64,000 nucleotides of DNA from Ginglymostoma cirratum (GCA_024137785.1 JAHRHZ010000085.1:14360609-14424608); one strand, 5' to 3'; positions 51,861 to 63,998 are shown, numbered from the stretch's first letter. Notes: generated from the sequence alone by a model not told the origin. Program-made: numbers and translations.

Positions 51861-52529
51861 TTTACAGTACTCACGTCAGACAGAATGCCCTTCTTTTTCA
51901 TATCTCTGGAGCTTCATTTAACTGTAACTTCAATTCCTTTTCTTGAAAATCCATTGGCCTCTATCTGGAGCCTTCGTGTAATTGAGCTTACATATCCTCA
52001 GCTTCAAATTCATGCATGGGGTGTAAACAATAACTTCTGGTCTGGAATGTTTGAAACAAAAATTTTCACACTGAGATAATCCATTTCCTAATGATTGTAA
52101 ACTACCTGCCTTCTTTAGAAGCAACTACCTTACACATCTAGCTTCAGTGCACACATCTGTAAAATCTGCCAAACTGCAACCTGAATACTTTTACCTAAGC
52201 TGTGGGTGTTCTCCCTCATCAAAAGAAAAATAAATCAATATCTTACCTTTTAACTAAAGGCCAATGTGTAGCTGTTTACTCTGTTTGCCCAAAAACTCTC
52301 TCAATGGAAAGGAAACTGTATTACACGCCATGAGTCTCCTTCTAATACCGTGTTTTAAAATAAATCACCGCTGCTCCAGCGAGATTTATCTAATAGTAAA
52401 ATTTCCTCACAGACTCAAAGTGAAATCACATGCCACTAGTTCAAAATCCAAATTCTAAATTAAATGATATTAAAATATGTATAAATCACACTGCTAACAT
52501 CGCAATTTTTTTTTGCTGATGTGTATATA

Positions 52530-53540
52530 TGGATATGACAAAAGTCCTCATTTTTTCAGGTGCATTCAAGTCTTGTGTAATGATTCTTAGCATAAAGAGC
52601 TCTTTGAGGGAATAACAAGCAATGTGGATAAAGGGAAACCTGTAGGTATAGTATACTTGCATTTCTAAAAGGTATTTAATGATATTTAAACAGCATGCTT
52701 TTGTTGTAGGTGGCAAAGTATTGGTATTGATAAAGGATTGGGTGGATAACCAAAACAGAAATTGAGGATAAATGGGAAAAGTGGGAGAATCTTTGGATTG
52801 GTAAGTTGTAATGAGCGGATTCTTAATGGGATCAGTATTGAAAGCTGAACTACATACAATTTATATCAATGACTTGGAAGTCTGTAATAGTAGCTAAGTT
52901 TGCTGATGACACCAAGATAGGGAGCAAAGTAGGTTGGGGATTGCAGTTAAAGGGATATGGACAGGTTGGGTGACTGTGCAAAAATTTGGCAGATAATATG
53001 GGAAAAAGTGAAACCAGCCCACTGAACAAGAACAACGGATAGAAGAATGAAAAAGCAATGTATTTGTTAAAAGGAGAGACACTTGTAGAACTTGATGGTA
53101 TAGGGGTATCTGGATGTCCTTGTATGTGAATCACACAAGGTTAGTATTCAGCTTTAGCAAAATGAAATATACAAAATCCTGAGGGGACCTGATAGGATGA
53201 ATGCAGGGATACAGTCCCCTTGTGGGAGATGTGAGAATTAGGGATATTGTTTAGGAATATGAAGTCTTGCTTATACGATGGAGATGAGGAGAATATTGTT
53301 CGCTTATCAGGTCACTGGTCTCTGGAATTCTCTCTCCCGCAAAGCACTGGAGCTGTATCATCAATTGTATATAAGGCTGAGTTAGCTAGATTTTTGACGA
53401 ACAAGGGAGTGAAAGATTATTAGCAGTAAACAGGAGGTTGCTATTGCAAACATAATCAGATTACCCATGATCTTATCATGTGGTGGAGCAGGCTTGAGGA
53501 GCCAAATGGCCTCCATCTGCTCCTATGATCTTGTATTCAC
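52530..53540 (+). mobile_element. Old CR1 fragment
   Basis: IYINDLE...AKFADDTKIG at ~52860-52920; CR1 3' UTR. Confidence 0.8.
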
Positions 53541-54349
53541 ATCTTATGCCACCTGCCTATTGTAGACCATCACAATAAGTAAGTTCCATTTGTGGCCTGC
53601 ACGGGGGCACTTCTGGGATATTTCTGATCAAGGACAGACACGTAACTGAGGAACAAATCATGCAGATGCCTGGAGACAACTTGAGGAGCAGTTTCCCCGG
53701 GTCAGGAGGCAGCATGTGGATCTCTGTCTGGGTGGGGGCCGGGTCTGCAGCGGGTGATGGTGGGGTAGGTGGGAAATACTTGCCACAGAAAGCCATCACC
53801 CATCTGCTCTTTCTCTACCTTCCCTCTCCTGAACTACCGTCACTTTCCTTTGTGTTGAGAGCTGGCGATTACTTTGCTGCCATCCGGTGAGGGGCTGGAC
53901 TGTCAAGGGGCAGCCAGTGCTTCCCCCTGTTCCAGCTGGCAATCTGAGTACAGAGACTGTTGCTGACTGAAGGCTGATGTACTCTCAGTTGGTGCCTATG
54001 TTCCATGCTCCTTTCAAGTGGCCACTCTTCCTGTAGATGGAGATATCAGGGGAAAAGCCAATGACATCATCACTCTGATGTTAGAGGCAGACTCTCACAA
54101 ATCGTGGAAATGGAAAATGCTGGACTACCTCACTTTTTTCTTTCCTGATGCTGCTGCACAAGAGTCCTGTTTGTTGATAGTCCCTAAGGCACAGCACCTC
54201 CATCCAGCTGAAGGGTGCTTGGAAACTCCCTTCCCCCTCCACTGGGGAGAATCCAACTCTGACCTTGTCTCTGTCAATGGCTCCTTCACATTTGCTTCAT
54301 CCTGTGTCAGCCCCAGCCTGGGGGCAAGGGATCACTCTTGTGTATTTCC

Positions 54350-55805
54350 CTGAGCAACTAAACACCATGAGGAGCATTTAACAGTTCATCCACTTCACTA
54401 ACACCTTCCACCCCAAACTTAAGTTCACCTGGACCATCTCTGATAACTCTCTCTCCTTCCTAGACCTCTCTGTCTCCATCTCTGGTAGCCACCTGGAAAC
54501 TACTATCTATTTCAAGCCCACCGACTCCCACAGCTACCTAGACTACACTTCCTCTCACCCACCTTCCAGCAAGAATGCTATTCCCTATTCCAAATTCCTT
54601 TGCCTCTGCCCCATCTGCTCCCAAGATGAAACATTCCACTCCGAGACATCCCAGATGTCCTCATTTTTCAAGGATGCAATTTCCCCTCCACAGTGGTCGA
54701 AATTGCCCTCACCGCATCTCTTGCGTTTCCCGCACCTCAGCCCTCACACCCCCTCCCCGTAATAAAAACAAAGACAGAATTCTTCTTGTCCTCACGTATC
54801 ACCCCATTAACTTCCGGATTCAATGCATCATTCTCTGCCACTTCCACCACCTACAATCTGACCCCACTACAAAGGATATATTTCCCTCCGCACCCTTATC
54901 TGCCTTTCAGAAGGACCACACTCTGCACGACTCTCTCATCCACACCACACTCCCCACTAGCCCCACCACCCCTGGCACTTTTGCCTGCAGGAGGTGCTAC
55001 ACCTGCCCCTACACCTCCCCCCCCATCCCAGGCCCCAAGAAAACCTTTGACGTTAAACAGATGTCCGCTAATGTGGTGTATTGTATCCGCTGTTATCAAT
55101 GTGGCCTCCTCTACATCGGGGAAACTAAGTGAAGGCTTGGAGACCACTTTGTGGAACACCTACACTCGGTCCATGACAAATGACAACACCTCCCAGTCAT
55201 GAGCCACTTCAACTACCCCTCCCACTCCTTGGACAACATGTCCATCCTGGGCCTCCTCCAGTGCCACAATGATGCCACCTGAAGGCTGGAGGAACAGCAT
55301 CTCATATTCCACCTGGGAACCCTACAGCCCAATGGTCTCAATGTGGACTTTACTAGCTTCAAAATCTCCCCACCCCCGACCTCATCGTCCCTGGCTCCTT
55401 GACCTGACCATCTTTTTTCCCACCTATCCGCTCCTCCCACCTCAATGACTAACCCCCAACCCCACTTAATACTACTAACCTCATCCCTGCATCCCTGACC
55501 TGTCCATCTTCCCTCCCACCTACCCTACCCTCCCTCCTCACTGACTAACCCCCCATCCCAACTGTTACCTATACTCACCTTTACTGGTTTCATCCCTGCC
55601 TCTTTGACCTGACTGTCTTCTCTCCACCTATCTGCTCCTCTATCCATCTTCTATCCGCCTCCCCCTCTCTCTATTTATTTCAGAATCCCCTTCCTCTCCC
55701 CCATTTCTGAAGAAGGGTCCAGACCTGAAACGTCAGCCTTCCTGCTCCTCTGATGCTGCTTGGCCTGCTGTGTTCATCCAGCTCTACACCTTGTTATCTC
55801 GGATT
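54350..55805 (+). mobile_element. Penelope-like retroelement, 3' half (RT end, GIY-YIG endonuclease, terminal repeat)
   Basis: NVVYCIRCYQCGLLYIGETK*RLGDHFVEH; LEEQHLIFHLGTLQPNGLNVDF; C-rich repeats, then terminal repeat with CTGAAGA...GAAACGTC. Confidence 0.9.
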
Positions 55806-56282
55806 CTTGGGGGAGTGAGGGGGGCGAAGGCAGGGACTGGTCTAATGGAAAGAGTCAGTGAGAGCTGCTGAGAGCCAGGGGCTGGGTGGGTATTGAGGAA
55901 AGTCCACCCCAGGGTGCGGACGGGGTTCCCTGAGCACTAACTACCGGGGGAGGTGAGTGCTGTGGGATCTCGCACAGCCAGCGTCACGGAAAGTGGTGGT
56001 TTCACGCTGAGCAGCTGAGATCTTATACAAGAGGGTAGAGGGAGGAGGGGTGGGGGGCAGGTTTCTTGACTAATGGGGGCGGGGTGATTGATCCTCTGGT
56101 AATATTTCTGCTTTATCTTTCGGGGAGATCTGGCAGATCTGGCAGCTGTGTGTCTGTCTCTCGCTCTATGCGTGTGTGTGTGCGGATCCGAAAACCGCAG
56201 TTTGAAGCTGGGGAAAAGGGATACAGGGAGGGAAATCTCTGCTCTTATCCCTTTTCAGAAGCAGCCTGGCCCCGGTTTGAAC

Positions 56283-56343
56283 ATGAATAGCTGCTTGGCC
56301 GCTCGCTGTAGGCTCGCTGTCCTTTTGACCTTCCTCTGGGCAG
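56283..56343 (+). CDS. VJ-C1 Ig-superfamily receptor, exon 1 (leader)
   Basis: MNSCLAARCRLAVLLTFLWA, phase-1 donor CAG|GTGGGT. Confidence 0.8.
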
Positions 56344-56637
56344 GTGGGTCTCACCACAGTCTCTGGGATCCTTTGCCTTCTCTTCGCCTCCTTCATTTGA
56401 GAGAAGTCCTCTTGTCCCCCTAACTCTGTCTCTCTCTTCCCCCAAGATTCTAAGGACATCCCGCGGTTATGGTGGGGTGGGGGAAGGAAAAAGGCGCTAT
56501 ATAAATATTTTGCCGGCTGTTGAGGAGATCCCGATGTTGATTTCCCTCTGTCCGGTCCGGGTCTGCCGTTTCCGGCACCATTCCTGTTGGTTTCTGTCTC
56601 TGAGAGTTTTGTCTTTTTTTTCTGTCTCTCTCCACAG

Positions 56638-56955
56638 TCCTTGCGAATTCCAGCTTCAAGGTAGCTCAGTATCCCGAAATCCTCAACCAGACCGTCGGCT
56701 CCAACGCGACTTTCTTCTGTACCTTCCCCTTTGCTAGGGATGTGTCCAGGGTCCGGGTGAGCTGGTGGAAGGACGGTGAGCGGGGATTCCTCCGGGAAAA
56801 GAAGGATTCCAGGTATCACTTTGAAATCCGGAATAAAGCCAGCGCCGCTTTCCACCTCCGGGGTGTGGAAGTCTCCGACTCCGGGCTCTATTTCTGCCGC
56901 GTTAGCTATGGGGATAGAGCTGCAAGCGGGAGCGGCACACGACTCCTGGTCACCG
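56638..56955 (+). CDS. VJ-C1 receptor, exon 2: germline-joined VJ-type V domain, NKp30/NCR3-like
   Basis: Long pyrimidine tract plus cacAG; G|GTAAGT; 318 nt, phase 1-1. FKVAQYPEILNQTVGSNATFFCTF...VSWWKD...FHLRGVEVSDSGLYFCRV...SGSGTRLLVT has the B-strand Cys, C-strand Trp, DxGxYxC and GxGTxLxV. Confidence 0.93.
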
Positions 56956-57484
56956 GTAAGTAAATCACATTTACACCCTTACCCCAACCCAACACGGGTG
57001 GGGACGATTCCGCGAACGGGAGGCTTTTGTAATCTTAGTCAGATCCCAGATCAGCGACAGAGAATCCCAGGCAGGAATCTAAAACATTGCTGGCACGCTT
57101 ACTGACCTCCAGCTCCAGGGACAAAAACACAGTTGCTGGAAAAGCTCAGCAGGTCTGGCAGCATCTGTGAAGGAGATAACAGAGTTAGCGTTTCGGGTCC
57201 GGTGACCCTTCCTCAGAACTGATTCATTCATTCAGAGATAGTAAGAACTGCCGATGCTGGAGGCAAAGATAACCCAGTCCAGTTCCACAATGTGTTACCT
57301 GGGACCCATTCATTCCTCTGTCTTCGAGACTGCCATCATTTCACACCGGGAATATTGGCCCGAGGACAGAGGGACGGGGATTACAATGTGTTTAAGTCAT
57401 GGGTTATTTCTCACTCCATTGCAGAGTCAAACTGGAAAACTCTCCACAAAAAAAAATTGTAAATGAGCAAATGAAATTTTGGCA

Positions 57485-57578
57485 GAGATAATAGGTACTG
57501 CAGATGCTGGAGAATCCGAGATAACAAGGTGTAGAGCTGGATGAACACAGCAGGCCAAGCTCTACAGCTTGTTATCTT
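57485..57578. mobile_element. Very short Penelope-end hairpin insertion with 16-bp TSD
   Basis: aaatgaaattttggca at 57469-57484 and 57579-57594. Confidence 0.85.
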
Positions 57579-57589
57579 AAATGAAATTT

Positions 57590-58190
57590 TGGCATTTATT
57601 GCTGGAGGAATAGAGTATAAAAGTGAGGAAATGTTGCCGCACCCGTACAAGGCTTTAGTGAGACCACACACGGAGTACTGCATAAAGTCTTGGCCTCTTT
57701 GAGGAGGGATGTAGTTGTATTGGAGGCAGTTCAGAGGAAGTTCCCAGATTGATTCCAGAGATGAGGGGTTTGTCTTAGGGAGAGAGATTGAGCAGTTTCG
57801 GCCCATACTGTCTGGAGTTTAGAAGAATTAGAGAAGATCTAATCGAGGTGCAGAAGATGCGCAAGGCGATTGACAAAGTAGACATAGAGAGAATGTTTCC
57901 CCTTGTGGGTAAACTAGGAGAGGTTATAATCTTAGGACTGGGGTAGCAGATTTAAAACAGAACTGGGGAGCAATTACTTCTCTGAGGCTCGTGAATCTAT
58001 GAGAATTCCCTACCCCAGTGTGCGATGGATGTCTGGGACACCTAATAAATGTAAGCAGGAGACAGAAGTTTAATGAGTTAATGCGTTAAAGGAAGGCAAA
58101 TGGAGTTGAAGTGAAGCTGAGACCAATGCTGATCATGTTGAATGTCGGAGTAGACTCTGAATTGCTGACTCCTGCCGCTAGTTTTATGAG
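57590..58190 (+). mobile_element. CR1 LINE 3' end in intron 2
   Basis: YKALVRPHTEYC; LEFRRIREDLIEV. Confidence 0.8.
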
Positions 58191-58809
58191 CCTCCGGACC
58201 CTGTGTCTCTGCAGAAGCCTGGGTTTTATGGGAATATTTGAGCAGGGATTGAATATCCCAGGGCTGCAGAATCCCTTTGGATAACCATCTGATGGCGCCT
58301 CTGTGTCCATTTAATCCTCATTCCAATCAGTTTACCCCCCGCTGGCCCTGACCCTGAGTTCCTGAACCTAGCGGAATAACCGTGTAATTTCCAGCCTTTC
58401 CCCGCAATCCTTTCCAACTTTCGCTGAAAGGCAGATGAAACCGGGATTGAAATCCTGTTGAACATGAGCTGTAGCAGATGCCCTGGTTTCTGTTTAGTGT
58501 CACACTGGCGGTATGTAACACATTATCACCAGGAGAGAGGGGAATAGACCTGCGAGTGATTAAACATTTAAAAAAAACTTTAGACTTAAAATTACTTAGT
58601 GGGGTTCTGTATTATAATTAATAAAGGCTAACATGAACATAAAATCAAACTCCATTAATTAGCGGATTAATTTATTCGGTTGTTGTCTACAGTGAGATAG
58701 AATGGACAACAGTTGAAGGTTATGATGAGTTAACGCAGTGGCAATATTTCACAAACGCTTGGCGAGTTTAAATCATTATCTCTCTTGTATCACTTGCGTG
58801 TAATGCTGG

Positions 58810-58975
58810 GGCTATATTCCCTCTCCTTATACTTACATCGTCTCCCCATATCCCTATAATCCCTCTCTTTATCCCTATATTCCATTCCCTAACCCTATAT
58901 TTCCTCCGTTTGTCCCTATATTCCACCCCCGCCCTACATTCCCTCTCTTTATCCCTTTATTCTCTCCCCATTTCC
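58810..58975. repeat. Degenerate pyrimidine-rich tandem repeat
   Basis: Recurrent ccctatattcc / tccctctctttat units. Confidence 0.65.
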
Positions 58976-60566
58976 CTGCTAGGATTTTCCATTGGGTTTA
59001 GTGACAATGGAATTGGAGGCATTTTTAGGAAGACAGTCTCATTGAAAGATCCCAGGAACGGGCCTGATCTTCCACGGGGCACTGACCCAGGGTCGTGATC
59101 TGTGCTGTCCGCCAGCACGGAATCCCCAGCAGGTTTAGGACACACTGCCCTCAGTGCGAATAGCGCTGGGAAGCATCTGGTCGGCAGCTGGCTGTTCCCC
59201 TGAGCTCAGAGACCTCTGCACGTTGGGATACCGGACAGCCACCGAGCGCGGAGTTTTAACCGGGCAGCGGGGCGATGTGTTGTTAAAATAGGGAGGAAAG
59301 GAGCTGGGGTGGGGGAAGTGATTGACCAATACCGACTTTTTTTTTTGGTAAAATGAGGCTCTCCCATAAAACAGAACGTTCCCGTTTGCCAGATTATTGG
59401 GAGATAACAGTGTCCTCGGAATTTCTTTTGTACCCCACCCGCATCTGGTGTTTGTGTGGTACAGCCGCCTCGCCCCCCAGCACATACTGAGAGGTGACTG
59501 AGGGCTCTTTCCAAGAGTGGATTGTCAGCAGGAGAGAGATGGAGTTTGTGAATGAACTGACCACAGGGTGGGTCTGTAGGGGCAGGAGAAGGAGTTACTG
59601 AGGGATCTCCCCGTGATGAAGCGCAGACCCAAGAAAGATGCAGCCCAGACCTGGAGCAGTGGGGAAGGTTTTGCGGGGAGGCTGGGAGCTGCAAGGTGGA
59701 GAGTTTTGTGTGGGGCTACAGAATCGGGGGGCAATGGGGTGTCACAGAAGCTCCAGCCTGAGAGCAGTTCCAAACCACTTTCACTCGGCGTGTGTCATTG
59801 AGCGAAATAGACACAGGGACTGGCTGTGAAACTGCACGGGGATCCTACCATGGGATCTTACCGTGCCATCGCCCTATCGGCTGCACTGAACCGGCGATCC
59901 AGGGCTCACACCAGGACTCAGCAAACGCAGGGAAGGCTGACAGCGAGAGAATGATTAAAGCTCCGCTCGCTATAAAAGACCAAATGGGACAAACAGAAAG
60001 AATTCAGCAGCAGTGCGAAGGAAAAGCAAGAACTGTGGAGACCGGAACCTAAACCAAACTAGGGAAGTGCTGGAGAAACCCGGCAGAGCTAGCAGCCTGT
60101 GTGTGTAGATTGAGTTCACATTTCCAGTTCACTAGCCAGTGTTCAGACTCAGAAGAATTTCTGATGAAGGGTCTAGGCCCGAGACGTCAAGCTTTCCTGC
60201 TGCGATGATGCTGCTTGGCCTGCTGTGTTCATCCAGCTCCACACCTTGTTATCTCAGAAGCAAAGCGGGCCGGTTCTATCAGCTGTAGCCAGTACCGAAA
60301 GAGCAGTGCAAAGTGAACTCGAATCCCCTCAAAAGTCCCGCTCGCTGCAGCTGTTTGGTACCTCAACAGGCTCCCATCTCCTCGGAGGGAGCTTGCTACA
60401 GGTGTAGCGGTAACACTATCCCCGATCCGAGCTGCTGTGTCATTCCGAATTCAGTATCACTCTCGTCCTTTCACGACAGCAGCATAACAGGAGCTTGTTC
60501 AGCCCATCAGCCGTGACCAAATTAAATATCCTGACCTACTCCTCATATCTCTTTTAGCAAATATGG

Positions 60567-60692
60567 TTCACACAAGTCTCAACAGTTACAATTGGTTTAA
60601 TGTCAGTTATTATTGGTTAACACAAGTCTTAACAGTCATAGTTGATTAATTGCTATTTAACAGAAGTCTTAACAGTTACAACTGGTTTAATA
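60567..60692. repeat. Three-copy degenerate tandem repeat
   Basis: aca(c/g)aagtct(c/t)aacagt(t/c)a repeated three times. Confidence 0.75.
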
Positions 60693-62090
60693 TTGATTGT
60701 TATTTGTGAAAGAAGATTTCAAATTTCCTGTGCAGAAGTATTTGTTAGTCTCATTCCTGAAAGGTTTCGTTCTAATTTGTACACCGTTACCCCGTCCTAC
60801 ACTCGCCAGTGGCAGAAATAGCCACTCTGTAATCAGCCTATGTCCCCCAATGCTGATAACTTCAATCACATCGCCCCCTCAGCTACTGAGCTGTAGAGAA
60901 TACAGATGTTCTTTTTTCCCCTGTCGCCGCTTCTTCCTAACTAGCCCTTTCGGGTTCCAGAGGACACTTTGGTAAATGCAAACAGCTTTCTGTCCCAAAC
61001 CAATTCCACCATGCTCAGGACTGTTTCCAGGGGCTACATCAGAGTTTTTTTTAAAGCGGGCACATGAACTGGATCCAATTGTGTTCTAACACTGGACACA
61101 CCACAGCCAGCATTCCACGAGCCTTTTGGTTGTTTTCTGTATCAGTTTATGGCATTTTAATAATTGATCTATCACTCCCAACGCCCGAAATCTCTCTGGA
61201 TGCCGCCACTGATATTCCCCAATTAGAACAGATTCAGTTCTATCCTTTCCAGCTCCAAAGTGAACGGTTCTCACACAAGCCTGTATCGAAATGTGCTTCC
61301 AGTTTCTCCCATTTCCTTAGTCTACCGCTATCTCTTCGTGAAGCTATCCATTCACATTTCTAACCTTTATCTTTTGGACCATCACTGATATGCAGGCTTG
61401 GTTCCCTCCTCCCAAAGTCTAAGTCTAATCAATGTGGTGTGCAGTGCACTCCTATCAGTTCGATTTTCCCCATTCGGCGTTCCTGCCATTCGCCTAATTT
61501 TCCGATCCTTAGTCGGTGAGCGTTAACAGCCGACAGTCTCAGAGCTAGAGATATCCGATACAGTCACCCAACTCCAGCCCCTGGGTTTGTGAGCGACCAC
61601 AGAATTAACCCGAGCGCTTCTCAATAGCATCTGTTTTCACTTGTGATCTAAATGTGTCGAGGCGGACGAGGGTCTTTTTGAAGATTTTAGCGGCGGCCGA
61701 CATATGAAGGAGGGTAAAACCCAGGCGCTGAAACCCACCGAGTGAGTGTGTCTGAGATTAAAGGTATATTTTCTGCTGCCTATCAGTATTCCTGAGGTTG
61801 GGAAAACAGAGAGCGGAGAGGAAAACTCCCGTATCCCAGTCTCTAAAGACCCTCAGAGCGAGGGTGCCGTCGGCGTAAACCTGGGAGAAAGTGTTCTGTG
61901 TGCACAGAAATAAAACAAAAGTTAGATTTAAACTCGTGCCGAGAGAATGTGGGTCAGACAGAGTCCTAAGAGGGATGACTCAAATGAACATAGCAATAAA
62001 AAAAAGGACAATTAAAGCTGCAATTGAACCCAAAGGGATGATCCCCACTGGAAACTGACGCGAGAATGATACTGACTTTCTCTCCCCAAG

Positions 62091-62396
62091 CTTCCGCGGA
62101 TTCTCCCCAGATTGTCCCGACCTTGTTTCGGAGAGACTCCGCAGTCTTCCTGAGACTTGCCTGTATCTCTGGGGCCTTCCACTCGGAGGAGATCACTATC
62201 AATTGGTTTATGAACGGCAGCGAGGTGCTGAGCGGAATCCGCAGTCAGGTCGAGCCGACGCCGGACAAACGCTTCAAGGCTTCCAGTTACCTGGAGGGGA
62301 CGCAGCCTGTTCGCAATGGGACGGTGTACAGCTGCCGAGTGTCGCACCAGGGCAAGTGGGTGGAAACCCGGTACACTTACATCTCCGGTCCTGAAG
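62091..62396 (+). CDS. VJ-C1 receptor, exon 3: C1-set Ig domain
   Basis: Branch-like actgac plus tttctctccccaAG; AAG|GTACGG; 306 nt, phase 1-1. LACISGAFHSEEITINWFMNG...RFKASSYL...VYSCRVSH fits LxCxxxxFxPxxIxxxW and YxCxVxH. Confidence 0.92.
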
Positions 62397-63884
62397 GTAC
62401 GGCGCTTTCCAATGGCTTGTTTGTGGGGTTTTTGTGCCAGTCTGTCTGTTCTAATCCTAATTCCCAGCACTTGGCCCATAGCTTTGTATGCCTTGGCGTC
62501 GCAATCTAAATACTTCTTCGTCAATTTGTCCTCTGAAACTAGTGGGACATGAACGTGGGTCTGCTTTGTAAACTGGTTGTACTACACGCAGACATATTTC
62601 TGTCAGAAAGGTGATGCTTGGAAGATTGGTGACCTAGTAGCTTTCTAAAGGTGATGCCATAGAAGATTGGGAAATGAAATTCGGGGCTCCCAAAGACAAA
62701 ACCAGATTAATAAGCCCCTCAAAGCGAAAGTCTCCTCCAGTGCTATCTGATTTGTTCATGCCCCCTATCAGTGGCATTTCCTTGTCTGAGTAGGAGCAGT
62801 TCATGGAACATGTCTTGAGGTGTTAGTGACCTGCAGCAATAACCATTTCCCACTCTGCCATCTGCCAGCAGATAGCATGTGTAAGGCATAGAAATGAAGT
62901 ACGTTCCTCAGAAGGCCATCTCCCTCTGATCAAACTCCCTGTGCTAATGGAGAAGACCCAGTGAAATAAAACGCATGTATTGTATCTTAACACAGACTTA
63001 CAATCCTGACTGGCTCCTTCATTCAAAATCACTTGGGTGGCCTTCATTTTAAAACCGTTTGACTTCTATCAGCAAGTGCTTACAGCATATTTATATTCTG
63101 TGGAGAGTGAAGACCCTAAAGACTCCCAGTTTTTGCTGCAGTGTTGTATTTTGGGACTGTAATGTAGAGTACATTATTACACCTGTGCCTTGGGATAAAA
63201 TATTTATCAGCAGGGAAATATTTTGCCAAATGCCTGCTCACAAACTTGATGGCTCTTAAAGGTCATGATATTTTGACATTTGGGCTAACTGCTGTCACCA
63301 CAATTCAGAAGTTAAAGTAGAAATTGATCAACCCGAAATGGCGTTGATCAGTTTCAGTAGCTGTGAAAGCTGAGATTGAGTGCAGCTCCGTTAGAGAGAA
63401 ATGTTGACATTAACCCTGAATGCCTTCAGTTCTTTGAACGGACAGAGCACAGACAGGACAGACAGAAGCTCCTCTAGTCCAGGTCTACCACAGAGAAGGA
63501 CCAACATCAATGGTGATCTTGTCCAGTCCATCAGTGGAGAAATGCAGATTTGTTACAGAGGAGACTTTTACAGTGAGTGAGGACACAGTTAGACTAGCAG
63601 AGGACATAAAAGGTCAATTAAAGCATTTCTCCTCTACCCATTGTTCCATTGCCATCCTGACAATTTTACAAACATATATATTTCTAACCAGTAAGTATTA
63701 TTTACAACCGCTACATTTACTGTCAGGATGTGGTATTGACAGATTAAATCACCTTATTGTTCAATGTATCGGTGTTGGAGTGTATGAGTGTTGAAGTATG
63801 CATGTGTTGTATTGTTCACACATTTCCTGTGGTATGATGCTGCTATCATATTGAATTACGTATTTGTACTTTGAGCTTTTGCAG

Positions 63885-63998
63885 AGCCAGCTTCAGGTGT
63901 TCTGCCTTGGTGGATCTATATCTGTGTTGGGAGTGGGGTTTTCCTCCTGCTGCTTCTGATTATTACAATAATACTTTGCAAATTCTGCACGTGCAGAG
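63885..63998 (+). CDS. VJ-C1 receptor, exon 4: transmembrane; gene continues beyond window end
   Basis: Acceptor ttttgcAG; 114 nt, phase 1-1; EPASGVLPWWIYICVGSGVFLLLLLIITIILCKFCTCR; the final two bases of the window are GT. Confidence 0.88.

Larger units (their letters stand above)
55850..57110 (+). promoter_or_regulatory. CpG/GC-rich promoter region over exons 1-2 of the Ig-superfamily gene
   Basis: Visibly CpG-dense against a depleted background (not computed); GC box GGGGCGGGG at 56076-56084. Confidence 0.6.

Noticed and set aside
56166-56855. 229-aa antisense ORF over exons 1-2 of the Ig gene
   Set aside because: Expected by-product of GC-rich sequence opposite a real gene.
57094-57129. 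RSS-like nonamer ACAAAAACA downstream of the V exon
   Set aside because: Part of a Penelope-type repeat; no CACAGTG-like heptamer at 12- or 23-bp spacing, and V and J are already joined.
60567-60692. Spaced direct repeats resembling a CRISPR array
   Set aside because: Eukaryotic intron, degenerate units, irregular spacers and no cas genes.
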